Positions 61,566-64,000 of a stretch of 64,000 nucleotides of DNA are shown here, in pieces. Positions within the stretch are counted from its first letter, which is position 1. Each line of letters begins with the position of its first letter. The position numbers were made by a program, and so were the translations under genes. The notes under the pieces are model-generated. The model did not search any database and was not told where the DNA came from. It saw only the letters and a list, made by a program, of their open reading frames with translations. The DNA is taken from the sequence record PQ287642.1; one strand, written 5' to 3'.

Positions 61566-63272
61566 ATGTTTAATCCCGAAACTCTGGACGCTGTTCGCGA
61601 TGCAGCTCAAGCATTCACTGAACAGGAACGTGTTCTGACAATTCCGAACCCCGAGTTCCCTCTAGCTGTATATGCTGACGGTTTCAACTGTGAAACCGAA
61701 GGTAATAAAGTTGCAATGTCCGATGAACTGGCTGCTTCCGTTGAAGCTCATTTCGTCGAAAGTAACGTTGAAGCACCCGAGAACGTTAATGAAGAACGTG
61801 AAGCGATCATCAGCAATATGCATACCGCTATTGCCAAGATTCAATTCAATACTCAAAACGTTATCATTCCGGCTATTAAAGCAATGGCCACTGACTATGC
61901 CTCCCGTCAGAACGTAAGTTCTCAAGCGGATTGCGATGTCAGCACTTTCAACTACGACCCGATTCATAACGATCCTCGTCTAGTTAACCACATCCAAACT
62001 CGCTATGCTAAAGTGCGTCCTCTACCGGAATATCGTACCTTTATGCTTCGCCCGGTTGATGCTGCTACCATCATCGAGATGGTATCCATCAATAACCCAC
62101 ACCTGGATCAAGAGCAAGTTACTGAATGGGCTCTTAAGATTCCGGCACAACGGGTAGAAAACGTTTGGAGTGAACTATTTGGTACTGCACGTGGTTTGAC
62201 TGTTTCTAACCTGAGCTTTATCAATCCTAATGCTTTCCCGTTTAATCTTGATGAACTGACTCTAGCTTATTTCATCTGTGGTCATTACATCGAGAACCCA
62301 CAAGAAGTACCTGGTGAATCCGTAACATCGGAAGAATGGGAACAAACGGTTCGTCTACTCCACGAGATGCTTGGTTTCTACATCATCCGTGCGTATGAGA
62401 ATCGTCTTGAAATGCGAGAGTCTAATACTCTTGTACTTCGTTATGAAGCTCATCGCCCAGTTGAAAACCGTCGTGTACTTGTTACTCTTAACGGTGACGT
62501 TGCTGAGAGCTGGCTCGTTAAAGGTGGTTCTGTTGAAGCTCTGCTTGGTGCAGCTATTGATGGCGGTAATGTCGTACATGCACAGGGCATTGACGCACGT
62601 GCTGATCATTACATCAAACGCTGGACCGCTACATATCCGCTAATCAAACAAGCAGCACTCGACTACGCTGAGAGCCGTCGTCGGCAGGACGTTATTGATA
62701 CCTTCCTCGCACACTGTGGTGAAGGTCCTTTACGTGAAATGAATATCGGTAACGTACGTGAACTACTGGCTACCGCCATGCGTTTCGTTCGGCGCGAAGA
62801 TCTTGATAATCCATACTGCGTATTCAGTAATCTTATCTGCCGTACTTACTACACCGAACCGATGTATAAGCTGTATCTCGATACTATCGATGAATATGGC
62901 CAAAACTTCCCCGGTGCAGAACTACGTGAATTGAATACTCAAGCTCTGATTTCGCTGATTGCTATTTTCCAAGCACAGCAGATCAAAGTAGAAACATTCA
63001 ATCCTGATGTTGATCCGAATGCAACTCTTCCTGAACCAGAAGAAGTGCCAGAGGAAATCACTGAACCAACTAGTGAAGAAGTTGCCGATGCTGTCGGCGA
63101 TGCAGTAGAAGGTGAAGGTCCCCTGGCTGAAACTCCGGAAGTAGAAGACGAAGAAGATCCTTACGCTGATGAAACTCCTACTGAATCTGAGACTGAAGAA
63201 GTCGAAGAAGAGCAGGAAGAAGCCAGTGAAGAAGAAACTGAGTCTGAAACTGAAGAAGAAGAACAAGCATAA
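61566..63272 (+). CDS. Head/ejection protein with Glu-rich C-terminal tail (phiKZ gp177 position)
   Basis: AGGAG RBS; C-terminal ~85 aa strongly acidic with many xxE sites; synteny. Confidence 0.6.
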   Translation: MFNPETLDAVRDAAQAFTEQERVLTIPNPEFPLAVYADGFNCETEGNKVAMSDELAASVEAHFVESNVEAPENVNEEREAIISNMHTAIAKIQFNTQNVIIPAIKAMATDYASRQNVSSQADCDVSTFNYDPIHNDPRLVNHIQTRYAKVRPLPEYRTFMLRPVDAATIIEMVSINNPHLDQEQVTEWALKIPAQRVENVWSELFGTARGLTVSNLSFINPNAFPFNLDELTLAYFICGHYIENPQEVPGESVTSEEWEQTVRLLHEMLGFYIIRAYENRLEMRESNTLVLRYEAHRPVENRRVLVTLNGDVAESWLVKGGSVEALLGAAIDGGNVVHAQGIDARADHYIKRWTATYPLIKQAALDYAESRRRQDVIDTFLAHCGEGPLREMNIGNVRELLATAMRFVRREDLDNPYCVFSNLICRTYYTEPMYKLYLDTIDEYGQNFPGAELRELNTQALISLIAIFQAQQIKVETFNPDVDPNATLPEPEEVPEEITEPTSEEVADAVGDAVEGEGPLAETPEVEDEEDPYADETPTESETEEVEEEQEEASEEETESETEEEEQA

Positions 63273-63280
63273 TTGATAAC

Positions 63281-63306
63281 CTCCGGTATCCTTCGGGGTA
63301 CCGGAG
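63281..63306 (+). terminator. Intrinsic terminator
   Basis: CTCCGGTATCC-TTCG-GGGTACCGGAG. Confidence 0.8.
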
Positions 63307-63341
63307 TGTGTCAACTTTCCTTTTTCTAAGAAGAGACTTAT

Positions 63342-64000
63342 ATGAACGTTAGGCAATTAACACGTGATGCTGCACGCGTAAATGCAAATCTGATTGAATT
63401 GGAAGATGGTGGTATTGCTACAAACCTTCCCTGTAAGATTCAAATTCCAGAACGTTTTGCTGCTAAGAACTTGGCTGTATTAGGTAGTGAAGTATTCATA
63501 TTTGGATTCTTTCCTATCATCATGAATGAAGAGTTTTACGCGGTTAATAATACAATCGCGATGATGCGCATTCTTCCAAACTCTACTGAGCGTGTTGTTG
63601 TAGAGAGTGAACCTTATTACGAATTTAGTTTCGAGAAAGGTGATAAAGTTTTCTATTCGACACATCTTGTGGTCAACGACACACTAACATATTACATGTA
63701 CGACGAGTTCGTATCCAAAGGGAACATCCCTTGGTATATGAACTATTATGACATGGCGAAAATGTTCGAAACTGCAAAAGAACATGCAGATACATTTATT
63801 GGTGGTCGTTCGATTATCGAGCTTATCATTTCAACCATCGCTCGTGATCCGGATGATATGACAAGACTATACCGCCACATTCTGTCGCGGCATGATGATG
63901 TTAAAAATAAACCTCCAGTAACCGTACCTTTCCGATCGGTTATTTGGAACACCTCAGATACCACCTCAAAACTTAATGGTGCTTACTTCAGCGACGCTAT
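63342..64000 (+). CDS. phiKZ gp176-like protein (putative fifth vRNAP subunit), partial
   Basis: Manual translation MNVRQLTRDAARVNANL...; open to window end; synteny. Confidence 0.55.
   Translation, partial: MNVRQLTRDAARVNANLIELEDGGIATNLPCKIQIPERFAAKNLAVLGSEVFIFGFFPIIMNEEFYAVNNTIAMMRILPNSTERVVVESEPYYEFSFEKGDKVFYSTHLVVNDTLTYYMYDEFVSKGNIPWYMNYYDMAKMFETAKEHADTFIGGRSIIELIISTIARDPDDMTRLYRHILSRHDDVKNKPPVTVPFRSVIWNTSDTTSKLNGAYFSDA

Overview
This window is part of a phiKZ-like, nucleus-forming jumbo phage genome (Chimalliviridae-type; a Pseudomonas-type host is plausible but not provable from sequence). The right end (46-64 kb) holds the conserved late/virion block: baseplate-like protein, a giant gp181-like tail protein with a lytic transglycosylase domain, split virion RNA polymerase beta-prime and beta subunits, and gp177/gp176-like genes. 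The left 28 kb is a minus-strand early/accessory region with nucleotide and NAD enzymes (thyA, dcd, NAD-dependent ligase, PRPS-like plus NAMPT-like pair matching NARP1), RNA repair (rtcB plus RlaP-like nucleotidyltransferase), a macrodomain, an SspB-like ClpXP adaptor, a DprA/SLOG protein, an orphan QueC, a PTP-type phosphatase, an AAA ATPase and many small hypotheticals. The middle has four paralogous tail-type genes, an SF2 helicase with a LAGLIDADG intein, and a large mosaic virion protein. Most notable: a Tad1-like signal sponge fused to an acidic, propeptide-like N-terminus (possibly virion-packaged); an unannotated ~125-nt structured RNA candidate at 32.2-32.4 kb; and a counter-defence repair cluster for NAD, RNA, ADP-ribose and proteolysis. 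All homology calls come from motifs recognised by eye or recalled from memory; no database search was run.
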